From Chiloscyllium plagiosum (Eukaryota): a stretch of 20,000 nt of DNA. Of this stretch, positions 8,934 through 17,885 are shown one piece after another; positions within the stretch are counted from its first letter, which is position 1, and every line of letters starts with the position of its first letter. Position numbers and translations under genes: made by a program. The stretch lies in assembly GCF_004010195.1 (NCBI RefSeq), contig NC_057749.1, positions 5,979,998-5,999,997 on the forward strand, read 5' to 3'. The notes beneath the pieces are model-generated. The model searched no databases. It had not been told where the DNA came from and saw nothing but the letters and a program-made list of their open reading frames with translations.

Positions 8934-9742
8934 TGCACATCAAGTCAATAAGCAAAACATTGGACTTTGACTGTATCCAAAAAAAAAACTGAAGACCTGT
9001 CTTGCACAGTACTAATATTAGATAATACTAATATTTATATGTATTTGAGGCACTAGTAGGGTCTGATAACTGAATGGACCCCCATTTACCTTCAGCAGAA
9101 AGACCTCAGATAGTGGTCTGTCCCCACCAGGCCTTGGCGGCAGCTAGCCTTAGCTTTTGTGCACCCCTTAGCATGTAGTCCTGAACCTTGCAATTTGCCA
9201 TTCTGCAACACTCAGTCAGGGTCAACTCCTTGCTCTGGAAGACCAACATGTTTCAGCCAAAGTGTCTTTCATCAAGTTGATAGTCCTCCAGGTGCAGTGA
9301 ATGTTTGTCTTGGTGTGTGTCCCGGGGAACAGACTGTAGAGCACAGAGTCCCACCTCACAGAGCTGCTTGGAATGAACCATTACGTCCCCAGACGCTGAG
9401 GGAAAAGGAGAGGGTGGATTCTGTTGTGTGGTTCCCTGAGCAGGCTGTCCAAGTCATTTGGCAAAATGCATCATCACCAGAACTTTCCAATAAGCACCAA
9501 GACAAGCTTGGCTGGTGGTGAGAAGGGCATTGCCTGTGAGATCCTTGATGCACACCCGGTCAGTCTGTGCCAACGCATGCTGCCCTCGAAGGGGCTGCGG
9601 GGGTGGGGGGAGCAGAGAATTTCACACACCTCCTTCTGGAATGTGCCTTTGCAAAGGAAGTCTGGAGGAAGATGCAGTGGTTTCTGCCGTAGCGCATAAA
9701 CCTTGATCTTCAGGAAGATTTATCAGTGAATATATTGTGTAA

Positions 9743-9875
9743 CTTGGAGACAGTGTGGACTGCGGATGCTGGAAAGTCAGAGTCGATAAAGCATGGAACT
9801 GGAAAAAGCACAGTAGGTCAAGCAGCATCAGAGGAGCAAGAGAGTCGATGTTTCAGGTCAGAACCTTTCATCAGG
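9743..9875 (-). mobile_element. Penelope-type terminal-repeat fragment (family A variant) with hammerhead core
   Basis: Perfect 13-bp TSD ATATATTGTGTAA (9730-9742, 9876-9888). Minus strand: CUGAUGA-A-AGGU-UCUG-ACCU-GAAAC-AUC. Confidence 0.85.
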
Positions 9876-10023
9876 ATATATTGTGTAAAGTCAAAATGGT
9901 TGTTCATTCTCTCTTCTCTTGACTTTCTTTTTGGTAGACTTCTCTCAAACAGTGAGCGCCAATTTTTTTTTAAAAAGAAAATTTGGATGAGTTGCTGAGC
10001 CTGACAGCTAAAGTAAGCTCAGC

Positions 10024-10058
10024 AGAGAGGAAGAGAGTGAAAGAGAGAGAGAGAGAGA
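10024..10058. repeat. Imperfect (GA)n microsatellite
   Basis: AGAGAGGAAGAGAGTGAAAGAGAGAGAGAGAGAGA. Confidence 0.85.
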
Positions 10059-10780
10059 CAGTTGTTAACACTGTGATTGATTCAACATCAGCTGTGCATG
10101 TTAAATCAGTCCTGTCATGCTGCCAATAACTCTGGGAGTTGTCGACAGGAGTCTTTGCTTAACTGAAAAAAGCATTAAAACTAACCTGAACAAAGACAAA
10201 AGGGTTCAAATTATTGATAATTGTGATTTTCAAGAAGGAAATATCTTTTTAACAAAGGAAACACTCGAGGTGACAGTGATAAAATGATTGAGAGCCAATA
10301 CAATGAAGACTGGGTGCTATGAGGTAGGTTGACAGGCTAATCCCTCATTCATTATTCAAGCTTCTCAATGGTGTTCCAGTAGCATAGCCAAATTTGTTTC
10401 AATGTGTCAACATCGCTGACATTGCAGTCTACCTTTCATTAATCCCTTTTGTCCCATTTCTTCCCAAACCAATTCCTACCGAATTAAATTGGATGGCAAC
10501 AGAATATATTGTCACCTGTCTCTGCTACAAAGAGAATCTGGCGACTCAACTCAGACAGAGAGAGAATCTCATCAATTCTATCCTTTCTGAAAAGAGTTTC
10601 AATCACCACAACATCTTTAGCAGAAGTCTAACCATTGCCAGCTAAATTAAAGAAAGGGTTTTATCAGTGCTGTCGATTTTAAAGAACTTTTCATTGACAG
10701 CGTTTGATTTAAAGAGCCTTATCCTGCAGCTCTTACAGAGAATTTCTTATTACATGTATATCCTTTAAAGGGGACTTGGA

Positions 10781-10853
10781 ACAAAAACCGACAATGCTGG
10801 AAAAAAATCAGCAGATCTGGCTTCAACTGTGGAGAGAAGGCAGAGTTAGCATT
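10781..10853 (-). mobile_element. Highly degenerate Penelope-type fragment related to 577-676
   Basis: CAAAAACCGACAATGCTGGAAAAAAATCAGCAGATCTGGC...GCAGAGTTAGC parallels CAAAAACAGAAATTGCTGGAAAAGCTCAGCAGGTCTGGC...GGAGTTAAC. No ribozyme core remains. Confidence 0.55.
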
Positions 10854-11084
10854 ACTTGTTGACTTCTTTTTTCCTATTAAATGGATTATTGTTGCTGCTT
10901 GCTTTTTCTTAAGAGAATTTCACCATTTTCATCCATTTAAACACAAATGCTTCCACTTAATCTTGAGATTTGACTATGCTGGCATTTTGTTGGGTGGTCT
11001 TCCATTTTGGACGCTTGAATTCATCCAATATATGTGCTGCCAGTATCTGAACATATACCAAGTCCTGTTGTCAAGTCACATCTT

Positions 11085-11340
11085 TGGGCTAGGGAGAGGC
11101 TGAATAGGCTGGGGCTATTTTCTTTGGAGTATTCCCTGGTGTTGCCTTAGAGAAGTTTAAAAAGTCAGAAGGGACATGTTTTGGGTGAATAGTCAAGGTC
11201 TTTTTCCCAGGGTCAGTGAGCCAAAAACTAGAGGGCATAGGTTTAAGGTGAGAGGGGAAAGAATTAAAAGGCACCTGAGGGAAAGCAGACGTTGGTGCAT
11301 GTATGGAATGAGCTGCCAGAAGAAATGGTAGACGCTGGGT
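11085..11340 (+). mobile_element. CR1 LINE ORF2 3' fragment
   Basis: AACTAGAGGGCATAGGTTTAAGGTGAGAGG...GTATGGAATGAGCTGCCAGA is the reverse complement of the 2337-2435 segment of the large CR1. Confidence 0.85.
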
Positions 11341-11451
11341 CCTATTGAATGGGCAAAATCCAGGCCATTATTATCTCTGAATGTCATGAATTGAAAAGAG
11401 GTTTCTCTGGGGATTAAATTGAAAAAAGCAACACTTTACTCAACCTGAACA

Positions 11452-11638
11452 TGATTTGAAGGTGCCGGTGTTGGACTGGGGTGTACAAAGTTAAAAATCA
11501 CACAACACCAGGTTATAGTCCAACAAGTTTAATTGGAAGCACGGGCTTTAGGACCACCGTTCCTTCATCAGGTGGTAGCTCCGAAAGCTAATGCTTCCAA
11601 TTAAACTTGTTGGACTATAACCTGGTGTTGTGTGATTT
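11452..11638. mobile_element. Fold-back Penelope-type fragment (family B)
   Basis: Perfect 48-bp inverted repeat (11494-11541 / 11592-11639) around hammerhead remnants: CTGATGA on minus at 11565-11571 and GCTCCGAAAGCTA on plus. 12-bp TSD TCAACCTGAACA (11440-11451, 11639-11650). Confidence 0.85.
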
Positions 11639-11788
11639 TCAACCTGAACAGTTCATTATGACTTTACCAGCCCATAACTGTGTGTATTTGCGTTCTATAT
11701 GTGTTGGTTAGTTTTATAATAGATGTACTATGTACAGACTCATAAACAATGATTGCTCAACCTCTCATTCTTCCATTCTTGATTAAAG

Positions 11789-12142
11789 TTGGACTGGGTA
11801 GCTAAGTGGTTAGTGCTGCTGCCTCATAGCACTAGGGTGCTGGATTCAATTCCAACCTCAAGTGACTGCCTGTGTGGAGTTTGCATGTTCTCCCTGTGTC
11901 TGTGTGGGTTTCCTCTGGGTGCTCTGGTTTCCTGTTGCAATCTAAAGATGTCTATTTGTGACTGCACTTTTAAGGGGTACGCACCTGCACTGTTTGGTCT
12001 CTCTGTTTGGCAACACTCTCCAGGGTGAATTGCCCTGCTGGGTGGGTCAGCAATAATGGATGTGGGGTGGGATGCTCTTCGGACGGTCAATACAGGCTCA
12101 ATGAGCCAAATGGCCTCTACCTAGACTGCAGGGATTCTATGA
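11789..12142 (+). mobile_element. HE1/V-SINE-type SINE with an internal foreign segment
   Basis: A box TAGCTAAGTGG, B-box-like GATTCAATTCC, V-domain TGTGTGGAGTTTGCATGTTCTCCC, and tail GAGCCAAATGGCCTCTAC...GGGATTCTATGA. Confidence 0.85.
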
Positions 12143-13309
12143 GTTTCTTACCACCCCCGTCCCTTTTAAAAGTAAAACCTAGAAAAGAAAATGCCAAGCT
12201 GGTGTCTCATTCTACATGTTAAAGCAAAGGGACATTGATTAATGATGTTATTTCTGCAGAGGGCTTCAGCTCAACTCACTCACCTATCTTCTCCCACTGC
12301 AGATCACAGCATGTGTCTGCATCTCAGCATTCTGTCAGCAAGGAGAGGATTGCCCAGATTTTGTCAGCCCGTCACTGAGAGGTATAATTAATTAACCAGA
12401 GTCACAGGGAGGTAGCAACTAAACCCAAGGGGGAAACAGAGGCTGTTTGTGATGGAGCTGTTGGTGCTCAGAGGGCAGCTTTTAGTGAGTGTTATCTTGA
12501 TGTGAGAGTAAGTGTGTGCCCAGATCTGTCAAGTTTGACTGATTAGTAAATGTTGTGCTAAATCGGCCGCTCATTCTCGCTAATGTTTACACGTGTTGCC
12601 AACAAAAAAAACAAGCAGCATCTATTCGAACAAGCACATTTATGCCACGCATTCCCTCACCCTTCACTGGAAGTTATGCCTGTGACTTTGAACTTCTCTC
12701 TAAAGCCATCTGCCACTCTGCCCATCTACAATTCTATCCCTCTATCTTTCTTGCGGAATCCTCTTTGGGTTGGATTTTCTCAGCGTTTTGGTGGTGCTTC
12801 CTTTTTTTTTTGGTTCGGGGTGGGGAGGGCAAGTCACTATTGACCCACAGAGGGTTGTCCATCACGGCCGCGGTCGGTCTTTCTCACGCAGTCCCGGCTC
12901 TTCAACTCACCCGTTACGCATTGGGACTTCCACACGTGCCACTGCTGGGAATTTGCAAAATTCCTGCCGCTAGGGACGCGTTCAGATTTCCCAGCACCGC
13001 AGCACTTCAACCCTTCTCCAGCAGAGCAAACACTGCAGGGTGGTAAAGCGAGGACATGGTTTCCCCGATGGGGACCCAAAGATACTGGTGGGATGGACAC
13101 TAGAACAGCCTTTTCCTCTGGGTTACCCAGGAAGGCCAGGCCACTAGGGAATGGCCAGTCTGGTCATAGATAGTGCCTCAGGTCCATGTGGTCAAAAGCA
13201 GTACCAAAAGGCGGTTAAGTGACCTTCTACCTTCCACAAGAGAAATGCCACCATTTTCTCTCGATGCCCTCATGTTCCTAGAGACTCCATTCACTAAAAG
13301 CCCCCAAGG

Positions 13310-13675
13310 GGGAGGCAAGGGCCTTGTGGTATCATTGCTAGACTGTCCGTCCCAAGACCCAGGTAATGTTCTGGGGTCATTGTTGGTCTGGGGACCTGGA
13401 TTCAAATGCCATCACAACAGGTGCTATAATGTGTACTCAGTAAAATCCGGAAGTTAGGGTCTAATGATGACTGTCAGTCGATTGTTGGAAAAACCCACCT
13501 GGTTCACTAATGCCCTTTTGGGAAGGAAATCTTCCATCTTTACCCAGTCTGGCCAATATGTGACTCCAGACCCACAGCAATATGGTTGACTCTTAACTAT
13601 CGTTTGGGCCATTCGGAATGGGCAATAAATGCTGGCTTGGCCAGTGACCCCCTCATTCCATGGATAAATAAAAAA
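13310..13675 (+). mobile_element. tRNA-derived SINE with LINE-type 3' tail (family distinct from HE1)
   Basis: 5' GGGAGGCAAGGGCCTTGTGGTAT (A-box-like), GGATTCAAATGCC (B-box-like), and 3' GGGCAATAAATGCTGGCTTGGCCAGTGAC...ATAAATAAAAAA. Confidence 0.75.
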
Positions 13676-14397
13676 TGACCCTCACACTGAGGATCATGGG
13701 TCTAAACTCTCTTTATTGTTTGCAAGTCAGTGGCTTTCCCTCACCTCCTTCTCCCAAATGATGAACCCTTTCTATTCCCTCAATGGGAACAGCTCTGCTA
13801 CCCAATAATCTCCAGCGGTGTCTCTCCCCAGCACTTCTATCCTGAATCCTCCCTTTGTCTTATTGCAGGAACAAAATGTCTCCAAACCGGGCTGAGAAGG
13901 CTAAGTGGCAGACATTGGAGTTCCTCACCACATATGAAGAAGTAATGTCAGTGTTGGCTGGAGAAGAGACCGGTCATGTGGGGACCCCTGTGACCCCTGT
14001 GACTAACAACTGGGTCAGTTTTCTTTGGCACTGAGTGGAGCTCTTCCACCAGAGCTAGCTCATTCAAAACCTGAATAAGCTTTTACCCCTTTTACACAAC
14101 CAGCTCCCCCTCTTTTCTGAGACAGGCACTATTGAGAGTCAGCGAACCGTGAGAATGGGGGTAGCACCCGAGAATCTGGATTCCACCTCCACTCCTGAGG
14201 AGGAAGCCAGCCAACTCTCAGACGATGCACTGACAATGCTCAGGGAGTGTAACCTCAGTGGGCTCTCTAACCTGATTAGATTCAGGAGCGCAATCTGAGC
14301 ACATCACAGACCTATCTTCCCAACTGGTCAAGGAAAATTTCTGGCACTCAGAAAGCTGCTGGAGACCTGCTTCACCCCAGGCCAGAGATGATCCCAT

Positions 14398-14575
14398 GAG
14401 TGTGGTGCTGGAAAAGCACAGCAGGTCAGGCAGCATCCAAGGAGTAGGAAAATCGATGTTTCGGGCTAAAGCCCTTCATCAGGAAGCTCTGGGATGCTGC
14501 CTAACCTGCTGTGCTTTTCCAGCACCACACTCTCCGCTCTAATCTCCAACATCTGCAGTCCTCAGTTTCACCCAG
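14398..14575. mobile_element. Fold-back Penelope-type fragment (family A) with hammerhead core
   Basis: 41-bp inverted repeat with 1 mismatch (14398-14438 / 14492-14532). Minus strand 14455-14482 reads CUGAUGA-A-GGGC-UUUA-GCCC-GAAAC-AUC. The right arm continues as the reverse complement of 8797-8830. Confidence 0.85.
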
Positions 14576-15315
14576 TTGATTCGTGCTATGGAGACCATGT
14601 TCCTGCACCCTCAGGGCCTACTGGATATATGTATAGATCTACATCTCTACATCTCTGCATTCCTGCAGCAATGATAAGGTGAGAGGGGGAACGAGAAAAC
14701 TCACTCTGGGTGCCACTTGGTCTAAGGGAGACAGGTTTATAGCAGTAGGCACCCAGACAGAGGAGGAGTCACACCCAGGGTCCTCACAAGCATTCTCCCT
14801 AGATATTCCAGAGGTGGCCAGCTGTTCCTGCGGGAAAGTCAAGCTGAGCAGTGTCTGGGAAGGAGACTCTCAATGGGCCTGGGTCCTAAAACCACTCCTC
14901 TCCTGCATTCCCAATGACCTTTCAGACCAACAAGGTCAACGAGAAAGCAGGCTCCCTGCAGCCCAGCTGAGGGACTTATTTTGGACATTGTGGGAGGAAA
15001 CGAAGAGAAGAAAATCTGATGGAGAGTACAGGGGTGACACTTGGTTGCAAAAGATCCTGCATGTTTGTAAGTTCTTGTTCACTCACCCTCTTAAAATGTC
15101 TGCTCGGGTCTCTTTTGTAACTGTAAGAGCTGGTGAAGCTGCATCTATTTGAGAGATGGGCAGCCTCTTCAGATGTCTCAAAGATAAAATAGGTTGGAAA
15201 GGCCGTGCATTTTCCATCTTGTATCTCCTGTTTTCATCGCAGATTGCCTCAGACCTCCCACAACAACTCCAATCTGCCTCCAACAGACATGCCCAGCTAT
15301 CACTTGTATCTATGC

Positions 15316-15592
15316 AGGGACCCGGGTTCAATTCCAGCCTCGGGCGACTCTCTGTGTGGAGTTTGCACATTCTCCCCGTGTCTGCATGGGTTTCCTTTGG
15401 CTGCTCCAGTTTCTTCCCACTGTCCAAAGATGTGCAGGTTAGGTAGATTGGGCACGCTAAATTGCCCATAGTGTTCGGTGCATTAGTCAGAGGGAAATAG
15501 GTCTGGGTGGGTTACCCTTCGGAGGGTCGATGTGGACTTGTTGGGCCAAATGGCCTGTTTCCACACCGTAGGGATTCTAATCTAATCTAATC
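15316..15592 (+). mobile_element. HE1/V-SINE-type SINE, 5'-truncated
   Basis: B box GGTTCAATTCC, V-domain, and the same GTGTTCGGTGCATTAGTCAGAGGGAAAT segment and (CTAAT)n tail as 4259-4574. Confidence 0.9.
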
Positions 15593-15607
15593 AATTAGAA
15601 AAAAAAA

Positions 15608-15950
15608 ACATGCACAATAAAGGGGACCAATTTGACTTGGACAATGTATCCATCATCGGACGAGCCAAACAGAGATATGTGCAGCAATTCTTGGAAGCCG
15701 GGCATTCAACCTGGAACTCCATTGACAAACATGTTAAGTTGAACCCCATATGCCAACCACTAAGAAACAGAATCAGCAACACAACTGGAAATGACACCAC
15801 CCATCCCAGCAGACCCAGACCGAGCAAGTGGGACAGAACACCAATGCTTCACTGGGAGCTCACTGATGATGTCACCTGGCGTGATGACGAAACATCTGCG
15901 AACAAACTTACCAGCTCAGCGAGCAAGTCAACAACCTCGACCACGTCCCA
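15608..15950 (+). mobile_element. Penelope-like element 3' fragment (family C): GIY-YIG endonuclease C-terminus plus terminal repeat
   Basis: HNKGDQFDLDNVSIIGRAKQRYVQQFLEAGHSTWNSIDKHVKLNPICQPL resembles the Penelope GIY-YIG tail (F-D-W-D-N-V-x-I...R-E-F-L-E-A-W-H-S...I-N...L-D-P-I-Y). It is followed on the same strand by a hammerhead core. Confidence 0.8.
15861..15898 (+). ncRNA. Minimal type I hammerhead ribozyme core (putative, CpG-decayed)
   Basis: CA-CUGAUGA-U-GUCA-CCUGGCGUGA-UGAC-GAAAC-AUC-UG. Confidence 0.6.
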
Positions 15951-16349
15951 GATTTGTGCATCGTCACATTGTCGCTCATAGTCAAAGCATTGCATTTTAA
16001 TGGACAGCACTGAGGCTCAGAGCAATGAGCAGTGACTGTGGTAGAGCCTGTCCTGTAGAGGTCATACACACTTACACCCACCCTGCCAGGAATCGGTGAC
16101 ACTTCCACACGTGCCTGCAGACAATGTTGCTTTCAGTCTTTCAGCTTTTCAAGGTAGCACACTGTCATTCAAGGCTGGGTGTACAATGGGAGGTCGACTC
16201 TTCCTTACAGTTTAGTGGCCTGTTTCAAGAAGCAGCACAAAGCATCGCATTTTTCAGATGAATTGCCTTTTTAGAGGATTTTCCAGCATCTCGGAGCAAT
16301 TTTGCACAAACTCTGAAATATTGACGGAAAGGTGTAAAAGAGAGGTCAG

Positions 16350-16615
16350 GATGTGGAGGTGCCAGTGTTGGACTGGGTTGGACAAAGTCAAAAATCAGAT
16401 AACACCGGGTTATAGTCCGAAAGGTTTATTTGAAAGCAAACTTTTGGAGCACTGCTCCTTTGTCAGGCAGCTAGTGAGGGAGAATATATTTGGACACAGA
16501 ATTTATAGTTGAAGATCAAAGGGTCATACAATTTATGTGGATATATTGAACAAACCTAGATTGCTATTAAATCTTTAATCAGTTGGAATGGAGGTGCAGG
16601 TTTTGATTGATTAAT
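16350..16615 (-). mobile_element. Penelope-type 3' fragment (family B), non-inverted
   Basis: Starts GATGTGGAGGTGCCAGTGTTGGACTGGG like 1492 and 11452. Minus strand 16441-16466 reads CUGACAA-A-GGAGC-AGU-GCUCC-AAAAG, with stem II intact and core changes consistent with CpG decay. The right boundary is approximate. Confidence 0.7.
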
Positions 16616-16820
16616 CCCTGCCCCAAGATAACTTCAAGTTTAATCAGAATAAAGGAAATGTTTCAGCATTGCTACTTACCCCAAGTAGGTGTTCTTTGCA
16701 CTTCACTTGGATATTATATACTCAATGAAATCTTCAGCTCAGTGCCACTGAGGGGTAACTATTTGAAGTTGATTTTCTTGCTGAGCTTGGTGATGCCATT
16801 GTGATCACTGTTTTCTTCAA

Positions 16821-16883
16821 AGTCATAGAGATGTACAGCATGGAAGCAGGCCCTTTGGTCCAACTCATCCATACCAACCAGAT
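16821..16883 (-). mobile_element. CR1-type 3' tail fragment
   Basis: TACAGCATGGAAGCAGGCCCTTTGGTCCAACTCATCC parallels 2167-2202. Confidence 0.7.
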
Positions 16884-17194
16884 TTGTTCAGCAATGCTGC
16901 AAAGAATCCTCTCAGAGCATTTTACATTAGATATAGTCATCTGGAGGGTGTGTCGGAATTGAACACCATTCAGTAATGGCATTCTTAATCCTTCACATTG
17001 ATCATTACAAAGAAACGTGTTGTGCCCTAACACAGTGTGTTCTGAGTTATTTACAAGGAGGCCATATCTTGATACAGAGCACCAAGTAAATTTATTTTGC
17101 AGATCCAAGGTGCTAATGCTACAGTGGGGAAGTGAAATTTAGGCATTTATCCATCATAGTAGCACTCCGTATCTAAAAGCCACCCTCACAAGGA

Positions 17195-17600
17195 TGGCAT
17201 GGCTGCACAATGGTTAGCAACTACTGCCCCACAGCGCTGAGGACACGGATGCAATTCCATATGCGTATGTGTTTATGTGTATGCGTGTGAATGTGCGTGT
17301 GTGTGTGCTTGCGGCATGTGTGTGTATGTGCATGTGCTCGCGTGTGTGTGTGTGTGTGCATGTGTGTGTGTGTAGATCTCCCCGTGTCTGTGTGGATTTC
17401 CTCCCACAGTCCAAAGATGTGCAGATTAGGTGGATTGGCCATGCTAAACTGTCCTGTAGTGTCCAGGGTTGGGCAAGCTAGGTGAGTTAGCTATCGTAAA
17501 TACAGGGTTAAGGTGGAGGGTGGGATTCTTTTTGGACATTTAGTGCAGACATGATCAGCCAAATGGCCTCTATCTGCACTGTAGGGGTTCTATGATTTCA
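17195..17600 (+). mobile_element. HE1/V-SINE-type SINE with internal microsatellite
   Basis: 5' GGCTGCACAATGGTTAGC...GGATGCAATTCC, then (TG)n, then TCTCCCCGTGTCTGTGTGGATTTCCTCCCACAGTCCAAAGATGTGCAG and the tail CTGTAGGGGTTCTATGA. Confidence 0.85.
17260..17393. repeat. Compound (TG)n microsatellite
   Basis: About 130 bp of interrupted TG/TA/CG dinucleotide repeats. Confidence 0.95.
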
Positions 17601-17803
17601 TAGACGATGTCCTTGCATTCTTACAGTTCAGCGGATCAATGTGGCAGCTCTGAATTGGTATTTCCCAGTGTCAAGTATGAAAAGTGGAGCACAGCTACCA
17701 AACCCAGTTTGCACCTGTATTGCTTTGCATACCTAATGTGGCAGGGAACCAATTGATACCAAATATGTTTCAGCCATGGTAGCTTGACCCCATAAATTCT
17801 GAT

Positions 17804-17885
17804 TCTGGATCAGTGGTGCTGGAAGAGCACAGCAATTCAAGCAGCATCCGAGGACAGGCAAAATCGACGTTTCGGGCAAAAGCCT
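17804..17885 (-). mobile_element. Penelope-type fragment (family A) truncated inside the hammerhead
   Basis: Perfect 17-bp direct repeat ACCCCATAAATTCTGAT (17787-17803, 17886-17902). The minus strand retains GGC-UUUU-GCCC-GAAAC-GUC but lacks CUGANGA. Confidence 0.85.

Larger units (their letters stand above)
8712..9682 (-). mobile_element. L1/Tx1-clade LINE 3' portion with 5' inversion
   Basis: Minus strand 9379->8713 encodes the ORF2 C-terminus (RFIPSSSV..DSVLYSLFPGTHT...WWGQTTI*, stop at 9106-9108), then a 3' UTR, AATAAA (8730-8735) and a short A tail. Plus strand 9380-9689 encodes the immediately upstream zinc-knuckle region (SSPELSNKHQD..VRRALPVRS..CCPRRGCG..HLLLECAFAKEVWR, across frameshifts). 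19-bp TSD at 8693-8711 / 9683-9701. Confidence 0.88.
13030..14900 (+). pseudogene. Decayed intron-containing Myb/SANT-like gene, probably from a PIF/Harbinger transposon
   Basis: The exon-1-like end reads ...KRRLSDLLPSTR (~13207-13241). A pyrimidine-rich acceptor TTTGTCTTATTGCAG (~13854-13868) is followed by KMSPNRAEKAK...LEFLTTYEEVMSVLAGEE, resembling the Harbinger K-x-A-H-N-R-x-E-R-x-x-T-G-G-G...L-T-x-Y-E-E motif (recalled), then S/T/E-rich low-complexity sequence. Interrupted by a SINE and a Penelope-type fragment. Confidence 0.5.

Noticed and set aside
12555..13046. 163-aa ORF and the mildly CpG-rich patch at 12860-13000 as a gene or promoter
   Set aside because: No recognisable protein motif and a non-ATG start; the CpG patch is short and probably belongs to the adjacent transposon remnant.
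13983..14003. GACCCCTGT tandem duplication
   Set aside because: A short slippage-type duplication inside a decayed transposon with no further signal.
12768..15020. TIR pair defining the Harbinger element
   Set aside because: Only an 8-nt core (GATTTTCT/AGAAAATC) matches and no clear 3-bp TSD is present, so it is kept as a tentative remark only.
17214..17485. Cys/Val- and His/Thr-rich ORFs
   Set aside because: These are translations of the (TG)n microsatellite and SINE.
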